Shown here piece after piece: positions 46,901 to 55,860 of a DNA stretch of 64,000 bases. Source of the DNA: Clostridiales bacterium (GTDB taxonomy: Bacteria > Bacillota > Clostridia > Oscillospirales > Oscillospiraceae); contig JALFVN010000073.1 in assembly GCA_022787565.1 (NCBI GenBank), forward strand, positions 24,265 to 88,264, given 5' to 3'. A program made the position numbers and the translations under genes. Within the stretch, counting starts at the first letter, position 1. Each line of letters begins with the position of its first letter. A model generated the notes under the pieces. That model searched no databases. It was not told where the DNA came from and worked only from the letters and a program-made list of their open reading frames with translations.

Positions 46901-46929
46901 TTGACAAGGGGCTTGCATAGTGCTATTAT
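46901..46929 (+). promoter_or_regulatory. Sigma-A-type promoter candidate for the amino-acid ABC operon
   Basis: TTGACA, then 17 nt, then TATTAT, with TGc as an extended -10. It shares the 10-mer CATAGTGCTA with the promoter at 58898. Confidence 0.5.
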
Positions 46930-46983
46930 CACAATCGTTCCAAGCAATAATTGGTGAAAATGCTTAATTGAGAGGGATTTACA

Positions 46984-47856
46984 ATGAAAAAGATGAAAAA
47001 ACTTGTTTGCATGCTTCTTGCAGTACTTACCGTTTTTGCTCTCTGCGCTTGCGGCAGCAGCAGCAGCGATAAAAGCGCTCTTCAGGAGATCAAGGACAGC
47101 GGCGTTCTGACGGTTGCTCTGTCCCCGGACTTCTCCCCGATGGAGTTTGTTGACTCCTCCAAGTCCGGCCAGGAGCAGTACGTGGGCTTCGACGTGATGC
47201 TGGCACAGTTCATTGCCGATGAGCTGGGCGTAAAGCTGGAGATCCAGGCCATGAGCTTCGACGCCTGCCAGACTGCCGTCTCCACCGCCTCCGTCCCCAT
47301 GTCCATCTCCGGCTTCTCTTGGACCGAGGAACGTGCCGAGAACTTTGAGCTCTCCGACTACTACTACGCCGGCGAAAACGAGACCGAGCAGGTCCTGCTG
47401 ATCCGCAAGGACGACGCCGACAAGTACAAGAGCGCTGAGGACTTCGACGGCGTTGACGTGGGCGCCCAGAACGCCTCCCTGCAGATGATGATGGTCACCG
47501 AGCAGCTCCCCAATGCCAAGCCGTACACCATCGGCGACATCGGTGTGGGCGTGCTGGAGCTCCAGAGCGGCAACATCGAGGCACTGGCTGTGGCCGCCGG
47601 CAACGCGGAGATGATCGTCGACTCCAACCCCGACCTGATGGTCTGCGAGTGGGAGTTTGATGTAAAGACCGAGTATGAGGCAAACGTGGTTCTGATTACC
47701 AAGGGCGAGACCGAACTGCTGGAGGCCGTGAACGCGGCTCTGCAGAAAGCCTATGACGCGGGCTACTACGGCGAGTGGTATGAGGAAGCCGTGGAGCTGG
47801 CCAAGAGTGAGACCGCGATGGACCTGACCATTGAGGACGATGCGTCCAACGGCTAA
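46984..47856 (+). CDS. Amino acid ABC transporter substrate-binding lipoprotein (SBP family 3)
   Basis: 290 aa with the lipobox FALCACG and a PBP2-type sequence (LTVALSPDFSPMEF...). Confidence 0.8.
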   Translation: MKKMKKLVCMLLAVLTVFALCACGSSSSDKSALQEIKDSGVLTVALSPDFSPMEFVDSSKSGQEQYVGFDVMLAQFIADELGVKLEIQAMSFDACQTAVSTASVPMSISGFSWTEERAENFELSDYYYAGENETEQVLLIRKDDADKYKSAEDFDGVDVGAQNASLQMMMVTEQLPNAKPYTIGDIGVGVLELQSGNIEALAVAAGNAEMIVDSNPDLMVCEWEFDVKTEYEANVVLITKGETELLEAVNAALQKAYDAGYYGEWYEEAVELAKSETAMDLTIEDDASNG

Positions 47857-47929
47857 ACAAGCACAGAAATGATTCAGACGGGGCGCTCTGAAAAGAGCGC
47901 CCCGCGTCTGACGCCGGGAGAGAGTTTGA

Positions 47930-48619
47930 ATGAATTTTATTACCATATGTGAAAACGTTGTAAAGCTGATGGTCAAGTATTGGGACAAGTTCCTGCTTAC
48001 CGGCATGGGCTACACCCTGTCGCTGGCGGCCATCACCGTGTTTTTCGGCGCCATCCTGGGTTCTCTGATCGCGCTGCTGCGCATGTCCAAGCTGGCCCCC
48101 TTCCGCTGGATCGCCGCCGCCTATACCGAGATTATCCGCGGCACGCCTATGCTGCTGCAACTGTATCTGTTCTACTTCGGACTGCCCATGCTGATCCCCC
48201 TGCTCAACAAGCAGCAGTATGCCTGCGTGGCCATCGCCCTGGTGTGCAACAGCGCGGCCTATGTGTCTGAGATCATTCGCTCCGGCATCCAGGCAGTGGA
48301 CCAGGGCCAGACGGAGGCATCCCGCAGTCTGGGCCTGTCCCAGAAGCAGACCATGCTCAGCGTGGTGCTGCCCCAGGCCGTCAAGAACATCCTGCCCGCC
48401 CTGGGCAATGAGTTTATCATGATCACCAAGGACACCTCTCTGGCATCCACCTTCTTTATCGGCGATCTGATGACCCAGTGCCTGCTCATTAAGGGCGCTA
48501 CATACCTGACCATTGAACCGCTGCTGATCATCGGCATCATCTACTTTGTGGTGACCTTTGTCCTCAGCAAGGTGGTTTCCGCTTATGAAAGGAGGCTGCG
48601 TCGTGGCGACATACGATAA
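47930..48619 (+). CDS. Amino acid ABC transporter permease
   Basis: 229 aa with His/Glu/Gln/Arg-type permease motifs ([11 protein letters not shown]; EASRSLGLS). Confidence 0.85.
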   Translation: MNFITICENVVKLMVKYWDKFLLTGMGYTLSLAAITVFFGAILGSLIALLRMSKLAPFRWIAAAYTEIIRGTPMLLQLYLFYFGLPMLIPLLNKQQYACVAIALVCNSAAYVSEIIRSGIQAVDQGQTEASRSLGLSQKQTMLSVVLPQAVKNILPALGNEFIMITKDTSLASTFFIGDLMTQCLLIKGATYLTIEPLLIIGIIYFVVTFVLSKVVSAYERRLRRGDIR

Positions 48620-49367
48620 GCTGATCCAGGTGAAAAACCTGAAAAAATACTACAACGGCGACAAGATCAAGGCCCTGGACGGCGTCAGTGTGGATATCAA
48701 CAAGGGCGACGTAATGGTCATCATCGGCCCCTCCGGCGGCGGTAAGTCCACCTTTCTCCGCTCCCTGAACCTGCTGGAGAAGCCCACTGCGGGCAGCATC
48801 ATCTTCGAGGGCGTGGATATCACCAAAAAGAAGGACGAAAACGGCAAAAAGCTGGATATCGACCTGCACCGGCAGAAAATGGGCATGGTGTTCCAGCACT
48901 TCAACCTCTTTCCCCATATGACCATCCTCCAGAACATGACCCTGGCCCCCATGAAGGTGAAGGGCATGTCCCAGCAGGAGGCCGAGGCCAAGGCTCTGGA
49001 GCTTCTGGACCGTGTGGGTCTGAAGGACCGGGCCGACGCCTATCCCATTCAGCTTTCCGGCGGCCAGAAGCAGCGCGTGGCCATTGTCCGCGCTCTGGCC
49101 ATGGAGCCGGACGTGATGCTCTTTGACGAGCCCACCTCCGCCCTTGACCCGGAGATGGTGGGCGAGGTACTGGACGTCATGAAAAAGCTGGCCAAAGACG
49201 GCATGACCATGGTGGTGGTCACCCACGAAATGGGCTTTGCCCGTGAGGTGGGCAGCCACATTCTCTTTATGGCCGAGGGACAGTTGGTGGAAGAGGGCAG
49301 CCCCGATCAGATCTTCAACCACCCCCAGAGCCCCCGTCTGCAGGACTTCCTTTCCAAGGTGCTGTAA
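48603..49367 (+). CDS. Amino acid ABC transporter ATP-binding protein
   Basis: GTG start at 48603, 7 nt after AGGAGG; the track start at 48558 is rejected. Motifs: [30 protein letters not shown]. Confidence 0.85.
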   Translation: MATYDKLIQVKNLKKYYNGDKIKALDGVSVDINKGDVMVIIGPSGGGKSTFLRSLNLLEKPTAGSIIFEGVDITKKKDENGKKLDIDLHRQKMGMVFQHFNLFPHMTILQNMTLAPMKVKGMSQQEAEAKALELLDRVGLKDRADAYPIQLSGGQKQRVAIVRALAMEPDVMLFDEPTSALDPEMVGEVLDVMKKLAKDGMTMVVVTHEMGFAREVGSHILFMAEGQLVEEGSPDQIFNHPQSPRLQDFLSKVL

Positions 49368-49368
49368 T

Positions 49369-50808
49369 ATGGATGAACAGAAAAAAGCCGCCCTTAAGGC
49401 GGTGGAAGAACAGGCCGGGCTGTTTACCGCCCTGGCGGATAAAATCTGGGATAATCCCGAATTGTCCCTGAAAGAGTTCAAGGCCACGGAGCTCTACTGC
49501 AAGGCCCTCCGTGAACTGGGCTTTCAGGTGACAGAAAAGCTTTGCAATATCGACACCGCCTTCTGCGGCAGCTACGGCGATGGGAAGCCTGTCATCGGCA
49601 TCCTGGCCGAGTACGACGCCCTCTCCGGACTGAGCCAGAAAGCGGGGGAGAGCTGCCCTGATCCTCTGATCCCCGGCGGCAGCGGCCACGGCTGCGGCCA
49701 CAACCTGCTGGGCGCAGGCTCTCTGGCGGCGGCAGCGGCGGTGAAGCGCTACCTGGAAGAGACGGGAAAGCCCGGCACGGTGGTCTTCTACGGCTGCCCC
49801 GGCGAGGAGGGCGGCAGCGGCAAAGCCTACATGGCCCGGGAGGGGCTGTGGAAGGAGCTGGACGCGGCGCTGTGCTGGCACCCTGGCGAATCTAACCAGG
49901 TCACTACCGGCACCAACAACTCCTGCATCCAGGTGCTGTACAAATTCTCCGGCGTGGCGGCCCACGCGGCGGGCGACCCCTATAACGGCCGCAGCGCCCT
50001 GGACGCGGTGGAGCTGATGAACATAGGCGTGCAGTTCCTCCGGGAGCATATGACCGAGGACTGCCGCATCCACTACGCCATCACCGACGCCGGGGGCGTG
50101 TCCCCCAACGTGGTGCAGGCCAGGGCTGACGTGCTGTACATGGTGCGGGCCAACAAGGTCGCAGACTCGGTAAAGCTCCAGGCCCGGGTGGACGACATCG
50201 CCAAGGGTGCTGCCCTGATGACCGGCACCAGCTTTGAGCGGGTCTTTATCGACGGCACTGCCGAGCTGCTGCCCAACTTCACCCTGGAAAAAGCGCTGCA
50301 CCAGAATTTCAGTGAAGTGGGCGTGCCTCAGTATACGGAGGAGGAGCTTCAATTTGCCGCCTCCCTGAAAGCCACCTACCCCAAGGCCAGACATCTCCCC
50401 GGCACCGGCGCGAAATTTGACCCGGAGATCGCAAAACAGGTCAGGACGCTGACGGAGAACGGGGAAAAGCCCATGAACGATTTCCTCATGCCCCTCTACT
50501 CCGGCACCGGCTTTATGCCAGGCAGCACGGACGTGGGGGACGTGAGCTGGCTGACCCCCACCGCCCAGATCGAGGTGGCCGCCTGGCCCTCCGGTGTGCC
50601 CGGCCACTCCTGGCAGATCGTCTCCTGCGGCAAGAGCAGCATGGCCCACAAGGCAATTCTCTGCGCCGGAAAGGTGCTGGCCGCCACGGCCATCGACCTG
50701 CTGGAAAAGCCGGAGCTGCTGGAAGCGGCCAAGGCCGAGTTTGCCGAGAAGTCCGCCGAGGGCTACACCTGCCCCATCGAACCCGGCGCGGTGCCTGTTG
50801 CCTTATAA
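49369..50808 (+). CDS. M20 family amidohydrolase (AbgB-like)
   Basis: Internal ATG at 49369 (MDEQKKAALKAVEE), 2 nt after the upstream stop. Motifs: GHGCGHNLLG, YGCPGEEGGSGK. Confidence 0.8.
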   Translation: MDEQKKAALKAVEEQAGLFTALADKIWDNPELSLKEFKATELYCKALRELGFQVTEKLCNIDTAFCGSYGDGKPVIGILAEYDALSGLSQKAGESCPDPLIPGGSGHGCGHNLLGAGSLAAAAAVKRYLEETGKPGTVVFYGCPGEEGGSGKAYMAREGLWKELDAALCWHPGESNQVTTGTNNSCIQVLYKFSGVAAHAAGDPYNGRSALDAVELMNIGVQFLREHMTEDCRIHYAITDAGGVSPNVVQARADVLYMVRANKVADSVKLQARVDDIAKGAALMTGTSFERVFIDGTAELLPNFTLEKALHQNFSEVGVPQYTEEELQFAASLKATYPKARHLPGTGAKFDPEIAKQVRTLTENGEKPMNDFLMPLYSGTGFMPGSTDVGDVSWLTPTAQIEVAAWPSGVPGHSWQIVSCGKSSMAHKAILCAGKVLAATAIDLLEKPELLEAAKAEFAEKSAEGYTCPIEPGAVPVAL

Positions 50809-50813
50809 AGAAA

Positions 50814-50859
50814 ATGTCATCCTTCGCCCCGTGACGGCAGAGGATGACATTCTCTTTTT
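50814..50859 (+). terminator. Rho-independent terminator
   Basis: aatgtcatcct-17 nt-aggatgacatt followed by ctcttttt. Confidence 0.7.
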
Positions 50860-50867
50860 CAACAAAT

Positions 50868-50894
50868 TTAGCACTCAAATCATGAGAGTGCTAA
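50868..50894 (+). promoter_or_regulatory. CIRCE operator (HrcA binding site)
   Basis: TTAGCACTC-aaatcatga-GAGTGCTAA is a perfect match to the TTAGCACTC-N9-GAGTGCTAA consensus. It lies 134 nt upstream of the hsp20 ATG. Confidence 0.85.
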
Positions 50895-51027
50895 TCTTAA
50901 CAGTCTGTTCATAATATAATGTATATTTCTTAACTTTTGTGCGGTATTTTATATACACGATGAAACGAAAGAAATGAAAGCTTCATCGAGAATAAAATTG
51001 GTAATAAAAATTTTGGAGGTATATATT

Positions 51028-51468
51028 ATGTTTGAGATCATTCCTATTGAACGCCGTAATCACCATGTTGCCAACTTCGACCCCTTCCGCGAGATGGAGG
51101 AGTTTGAGCGCAGATTCTGGGGCAGCAACCCCGTGACCACCGCTTTCCGCACCGATGTGGAAGACACCGGCGACGCCTTCAAGCTTGAGGCCGAGCTGCC
51201 CGGCTTTGACAAGGAGGATATCCAGCTGGATCTGGACAACGACACCCTGACCATCACCGCCGAGCACAGCAGCGACAAGAAGGAAGAGGATAAGAAGAGA
51301 AACTTCGTCAAGCGCGAGCGTTACTTCGGTTCCTTCACCCGCAGCTTTGATGTCACCGGCATTGATGTGGACCGGATCGAGGCCGAGTACAATAACGGCG
51401 TCCTGACCCTGACCCTGCCCAAGAAGCAGGAGAACATCCCCGTCAGCCGCCGTCTTGAGATCAAGTAA
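51028..51468 (+). CDS. Hsp20/alpha-crystallin family small heat-shock protein
   Basis: Internal ATG at 51028 after a GGAGG RBS. It has an alpha-crystallin domain (FKLEAELPGFDKEDIQLDLDNDTLTITAEH...GVLTLTLPK). Confidence 0.9.
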   Translation: MFEIIPIERRNHHVANFDPFREMEEFERRFWGSNPVTTAFRTDVEDTGDAFKLEAELPGFDKEDIQLDLDNDTLTITAEHSSDKKEEDKKRNFVKRERYFGSFTRSFDVTGIDVDRIEAEYNNGVLTLTLPKKQENIPVSRRLEIK

Positions 51469-51480
51469 ATTCACACATGG

Positions 51481-51514
51481 AAAACGCTCCGGGAAAAATC
51501 CCGGAGCGTTTTTC
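51481..51514 (+). terminator. Rho-independent terminator after hsp20
   Basis: aaaacgctccggg-aaaaa-tcccggagcgttttt. Confidence 0.85.
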
Positions 51515-51521
51515 CGTAAAA

Positions 51522-51701
51522 GCCTCCCCCTCATGGGGAGGTGCCGAACGCGGTGAGGCGGAAGGGGGCCGACGGCAGCAGCGAAGGATTACGCCGGCAT
51601 CGGGTGAACGCACCGGGCCTTTTGTTCCGGCAACGGAAGCTTTCAGTGCGGTGGTACCCCCTTCAGCCGCCTCCGGCGGCAGCTCCCCCCAAGGGGGAGC
51701 C
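51522..51701. repeat. Family-B double-hairpin inverted-repeat element, gene-less (~180 bp)
   Basis: Left arm is gcctccccctcatggggaggtgccgaacgcggtgaggcggaaggggg. Right arm is cccccttcagccgcctccggcggcagctccccccaagggggagc. Confidence 0.7.
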
Positions 51702-51832
51702 TTTTTGCTTCTCACCGTGCTCCCGGCGGCCCATGCCCCGGAGAGAGAAAAAATAGGTTGCTCCAGGTTGATCTTCCTGCTGTACAAAACCTGTACCTCC
51801 TGATAAAATAGAAGAAAAAGGGGGGCAGCAGT

Positions 51833-52666
51833 ATGCCGGCACGAAATAAGGAATTTTTCATCCATGTCAGTCAAACAGAAAAGCGCCTGTTTATTTCCCG
51901 GCCGGAGAGCATCAAGGGGGATGCGCTCTCGCCCTGCTGCATGACGCCTGACGATGTGGATTATGAAATGGCAGCGGGTAAGGACCCGGAGATGCTGGAA
52001 ATCTGCGGGATGAACCAGCAGAGCCTGGAATACTTTGTGCAGCACTATGCAAAGACTTACCGATACCTGTCTTTCTTTAAGTGTCAGCTGATCCAGGATT
52101 TTTCCCCCCTTGAGGATCTGCCTGCCCTTGAAGAGGTTGATTTATATTGGAATATCCGCGCTGACAAGCTGTGGAATTTTGAAAAGAATGAATCTTTGCG
52201 CACAATCAGTATCAGTTCCGCCAAGCGCATGACCCTGAAACCGGATTTACTGAAAACATCAAAGGTAATGGAGAATGTGTTTATCTGCGGAGATATTTTC
52301 AACAATTATCCCATGGAATCCCTGGATTGTTTTGCCGGGATGCCGGCGCTGAAGCATCTTTCCGTGAATTTCATCCGGCTGAAGGACAAAAGCCTGGAGG
52401 CGCTGAAAACGCTGCCCGCACTGAAGCGGTTCGATTTTGACGCCGGTATGTTTACCACGGAAGAGATTGCATGGATAGTTGCCAAATATCCTGAACTGTC
52501 TGGAAGTTGTCTGTGCGCATATAACACGGAAGACGCCGTGATGAACGATGTGCGTGTCTGCGGCTTCCGTAAGCCCGGGCTGGACCTGCCGGAACAGCAA
52601 AAAAGATTGGACAAATATGTCGCGCAGTTCAATGCGCTGGTAGAGAAGTTCCGAAACGAGCCATAA
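51833..52666 (+). CDS. Hypothetical protein with leucine-rich-repeat-like segments
   Basis: 277-aa ORF, AT-richer than its surroundings. It shows an LxxLxL-type periodicity (LEDLPALEEVDLYWN, LKHLSVNFIRLKDKSLEALKTLPALKRFDF). Confidence 0.4.
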   Translation: MPARNKEFFIHVSQTEKRLFISRPESIKGDALSPCCMTPDDVDYEMAAGKDPEMLEICGMNQQSLEYFVQHYAKTYRYLSFFKCQLIQDFSPLEDLPALEEVDLYWNIRADKLWNFEKNESLRTISISSAKRMTLKPDLLKTSKVMENVFICGDIFNNYPMESLDCFAGMPALKHLSVNFIRLKDKSLEALKTLPALKRFDFDAGMFTTEEIAWIVAKYPELSGSCLCAYNTEDAVMNDVRVCGFRKPGLDLPEQQKRLDKYVAQFNALVEKFRNEP

Positions 52667-52730
52667 CAAAAAATGAATAACGAATAACGAGGGACGCATT
52701 GTGATGCGCCCCTAAGGCACCCAAACCCTA

Positions 52731-52824
52731 CTGTCATCCTGAGCGCAAGCGAAGGATCCCGTATGGTTACGCTTTTTGCTCTTTTCATGGGATTCTTCAC
52801 CGCTATTTCGGCACAGAATGACAG
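52731..52824. repeat. Family-A MITE-like repeat
   Basis: ctgtcatcctgagcgcaagcgaaggatccc ... gggattcttcaccgctatttcggcacagaatgacag. Confidence 0.8.
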
Positions 52825-52919
52825 AATAATGGAACGGACGGCCGCAAGGGTCGCCCCTACGAATGGGTTTTGGGCTGCACCGGTGTGAAATAGAAGAGCG
52901 CAGCTGAAATCAAGGCAAA

Positions 52920-53199
52920 GGCTCCCCTGTGTAAGGGGAGCTGCCGAGCGAAGCGAGGCTGAAGGGTTGCTTGCGCACTTGGATTTTGCTTAAGTCCTGA
53001 ATCAAACGGCACGGCCCAGAACTTCGCGCCTCGTCTATGCCGGAACTGCCGGTGAAGAGCGCTGCTTTTGGTACGGCGGACATTTGAGGAACGGATACGG
53101 GACACCGGCAGCATTGGTTGAACATTGGCTTAAACCGCAGCTGCGGCGGCAACCCTTCAGTCACGCTACGCGTGCCAGCTCCCCTTACACAGGGGAGCC
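52920..53199. repeat. Family-B double-hairpin inverted-repeat element, gene-less (~280 bp)
   Basis: Left arm is ggctcccctgtgtaaggggagctgccgagcgaagcgaggctgaagggttg. The reverse complement of the right arm is ggctcccctgtgtaaggggagctggcacgcgtagcgtgactgaagggttg. Hairpin 2 covaries between the two arms. Confidence 0.75.
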
Positions 53200-53242
53200 T
53201 TTGCGCTTCCCAAAAGTGCGTCAGTGTTCGGGGCCGCATCCG

Positions 53243-53287
53243 TAGGGGCCGGCGTCCCCGACGGCCCTTGTTGGACGCGGTCGGAAG
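53243..53287. repeat. Family-D GC-rich repeat unit
   Basis: gtaggggccggcgtccccgacggcccttgttggacgcggtcggaag. Related copies lie at 46657-46701 (reverse complement), 55877 and 57394-57419. Confidence 0.75.
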
Positions 53288-53339
53288 ACGAAACCGCGGC
53301 AGGCGGGCGGGGAAACCCGCCCCTTGTTCACTGATGGTA

Positions 53340-54032
53340 TTAAAGAAAGTTGGCAAACACCACCGCGCCTGCCACGGTCAGCAGGCCGGAGACCACAATG
53401 GACAGGCTGCTCATGGCTCCTTCCACCGGCCCCAGCTCCATGGCCTTTGCGGTGCCAAGTGCGTGGGAGGCGCTGCCGATGGCCACGCCCCGGGCGATAG
53501 GCTCCGTGATGCGGAAAAGCCGGCAGGCGGTCTCGGCAAACATGTTGCCCAGAATGCCGGTCAGAATGATGACCGCCACGGTGATGGACACATAGCCCCC
53601 CAGCTCCTCGCTGACGCCCATACCGATGGCCGTGGTGATGGATTTGGGCAGGAAGGTCACATAGGAGGCGTGATCCAGCCGGAACAGCAGCGACAGCACC
53701 AGCACACTGCATAGGCTGGCCAGCACCCCGGAGCCGATCCCTGCCAGCACAGCCCGCAGGTTCTTTTTCAGCAGCTCAAACTGCTCGTAAAGGGGGATGG
53801 CCAGACAGACCGTGGCCGGCGTGAGGAAATAGCTTAAATACCTGGCGCTGCGCTGGTAGCTCTCGTAGTCCAGGTCAAAGACCAGCAGAAACAGGATCAC
53901 CAGTACGATGGCGATCAGCAGGGGATTGCAGAGCGGGTGTTTTATGCGCTTTTGCAGCGCCCGGCCCAGAAGAAAGGCGCCGACGCTCAGCACTACGCCA
54001 AAGCAGGCGGAGTTGACGATCAATTCATTCAT
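53340..54032 (-). CDS. lrgB: LrgB/CidB family protein
   Basis: 230-aa polytopic ORF with LrgB-like sequence (LGNMFAETACRLFRI...ARGVAIGSASHALGTAKA). Confidence 0.88.
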   Translation of the reverse strand: MNELIVNSACFGVVLSVGAFLLGRALQKRIKHPLCNPLLIAIVLVILFLLVFDLDYESYQRSARYLSYFLTPATVCLAIPLYEQFELLKKNLRAVLAGIGSGVLASLCSVLVLSLLFRLDHASYVTFLPKSITTAIGMGVSEELGGYVSITVAVIILTGILGNMFAETACRLFRITEPIARGVAIGSASHALGTAKAMELGPVEGAMSSLSIVVSGLLTVAGAVVFANFL

Positions 54033-54393
54033 GACGGCCCTCCTTTGCCTTTACACGGCGGATCACGGCCTGGGTCACCCGGCCGGAGATGAACAGTACC
54101 GCAAAGGTGGAGATCAGCGTGATGAGAATATAGGCCGGCCAGTTGGGGCGGATCACATCCCAGGCCTCCAGCAGCCCCACCGCCGCCGGGATGAACATCA
54201 GCTGCATGATGCTCACCAGAAAATCGCCCGTCTCCTTCACGGCCTTCAGTGGGAGGATCTTGAATTCCAGCAGGCAGAACAGCAGGATAATGCCGTAAAT
54301 GCTGGCCGGAATGGGCAGGGGGAGCAGGGTATTCAGCAGCTCTCCCGCAAAGGAGATCAGCAGAATGATGAAGAGCTGTCCAATGATTTTCAA
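54025..54393 (-). CDS. lrgA: CidA/LrgA family holin-like protein
   Basis: TTG start at 54393, 7 nt after GGAGG. Begins (L)KIIGQLFIILLISFAGELL and has 4 TM segments. It overlaps the lrgB start. The track start at 54450 is rejected. Confidence 0.8.
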   Translation of the reverse strand: MKIIGQLFIILLISFAGELLNTLLPLPIPASIYGIILLFCLLEFKILPLKAVKETGDFLVSIMQLMFIPAAVGLLEAWDVIRPNWPAYILITLISTFAVLFISGRVTQAVIRRVKAKEGRHE

Positions 54394-54596
54394 ACCATTC
54401 CCTCCAATCCGAATGTCAGACCCAATATACCACAGTCCGGGCCTGGGCACAAGGCAAAAGGCGCGCTTTTTCGTCCAAATCCGACAAAAGAAGCGCTTTA
54501 AATTTAGCGAGAATCACAATTGTCATTTGACTTGCCGCCGTGTTACCATACACTAAATCTGAGGATAAAGCCCTGCGGGGCGGAAAGGAAAATAAA

Positions 54597-55115
54597 ATGA
54601 TGACTGCACAGGAAAAGAATGTTGAGAGAGAAGAAATAAAGCAGCAGTTGTACCGCTACTGCCACGCCGTGGACCGCATCGACTACGAGCTGGGCCGCTC
54701 CGTCTTTGCCGAGGGCGCGGTGGTGGACTACGGCCCCACCTACCAGGGCGACGGCAAGGGCTATATCGACACCATGCTGAAAACCCAGCACAAAATGATG
54801 ATCTCCACCCACCACATGGTGACCAACGTCCTGATCGAGTTCAACGAGGACGGCACCCGCGCCGCATCCGAGGCCTATGTCTCCGCCTCCTGCAAATACA
54901 GGACCAAGACCGGCAAGCCCAGCTTCACCGTGGAAGCCCACTGCCGCGACATCGACCAGTGGGAGAAGCGGGACGGCACCTGGCTCATCGTCAAGCGCGT
55001 TGTGGCCGGCGACAATACCTACATCGTCCGCCCCGAGTATCTGGAGGACTACAACAACAGCCGCGGCAAGAAGGCCGACCCTGCCGACCAGTTCTTCGCC
55101 AGCCTGAAAGACTGA
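54597..55115 (+). CDS. SnoaL-like / NTF2 superfamily protein
   Basis: 172 aa from the internal ATG at 54597, with the SnoaL_4-like pattern YRYCHAVDRIDYEL...STHHMVTNVLIEF...WEKRDGTWLIVKR. Confidence 0.7.
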   Translation: MMTAQEKNVEREEIKQQLYRYCHAVDRIDYELGRSVFAEGAVVDYGPTYQGDGKGYIDTMLKTQHKMMISTHHMVTNVLIEFNEDGTRAASEAYVSASCKYRTKTGKPSFTVEAHCRDIDQWEKRDGTWLIVKRVVAGDNTYIVRPEYLEDYNNSRGKKADPADQFFASLKD

Positions 55116-55289
55116 TGTTATGTAAACCTTCTTGACCGGAAGTCGGGAATGCGGTTAGTATTTTCGCCTTTTTTATACAAATCATTGCAGTGAATTTAGA
55201 CGTTATGTCCGTTGTGCCTAAGGAGACTAAGTGATAAAATTAACACAATCACAGCAGAAGCACTTGCAAATATGAAAGGAGAAAAAAAC

Positions 55290-55805
55290 ATGACCGACCT
55301 TGAAATCCTGATCGAGAAAGAAAAAATCAGAGACCAGATCTACACCTACTGCCGCGCGCTGGACCGCATCGACAACGAGCTGGGCTACACCGTGTTCGCA
55401 GAGGACGCCGAGGTTGACTACGGCCCCACCTACAAGGGAACCGGCAGAGGCTTCATCGACATGATGCTCAAGCAGCACCGCGCCATGGTGTCCACCCACC
55501 ACATGATGACCAACATCCTCATCAAGTTCAACGAGGACGGCACCAAGGCTGCCAGCGAGACCTACATGTATGCCGGCTGCAAGTACAAGGACAGAAAGAC
55601 CAAAAAGGCCACCTTCACCGTTGAGGCCCGCTGCCGCGACATCGACAAGTGGGAGAAGCGGGACGGCAAATGGGTCATCGTCAAGCGCGTTGTCGCCGGC
55701 GATAACACCTTCCTTGTGATGAATCCCACCTACACCGACGACTACAACAACGGCCGCGACAAGGTGAGAGACGTCTCCTACGACTTCCTGGAGTCTGTTG
55801 ACTGA
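55290..55805 (+). CDS. SnoaL-like / NTF2 superfamily protein, tandem paralog
   Basis: 171 aa from the ATG at 55290 (AAAGGAG RBS), collinear with the upstream paralog over its whole length. Confidence 0.7.
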   Translation: MTDLEILIEKEKIRDQIYTYCRALDRIDNELGYTVFAEDAEVDYGPTYKGTGRGFIDMMLKQHRAMVSTHHMMTNILIKFNEDGTKAASETYMYAGCKYKDRKTKKATFTVEARCRDIDKWEKRDGKWVIVKRVVAGDNTFLVMNPTYTDDYNNGRDKVRDVSYDFLESVD

Positions 55806-55816
55806 AATTTACGCTG

Positions 55817-55856
55817 AAAACTGCCCTGCGGGACCTCCCGCAGGGCAGATTTTTTG
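55817..55856 (+). terminator. Rho-independent terminator
   Basis: aaaactgccctgcggg-acct-cccgcagggcag followed by atttttt. Confidence 0.85.
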
Positions 55857-55860
55857 TTTT

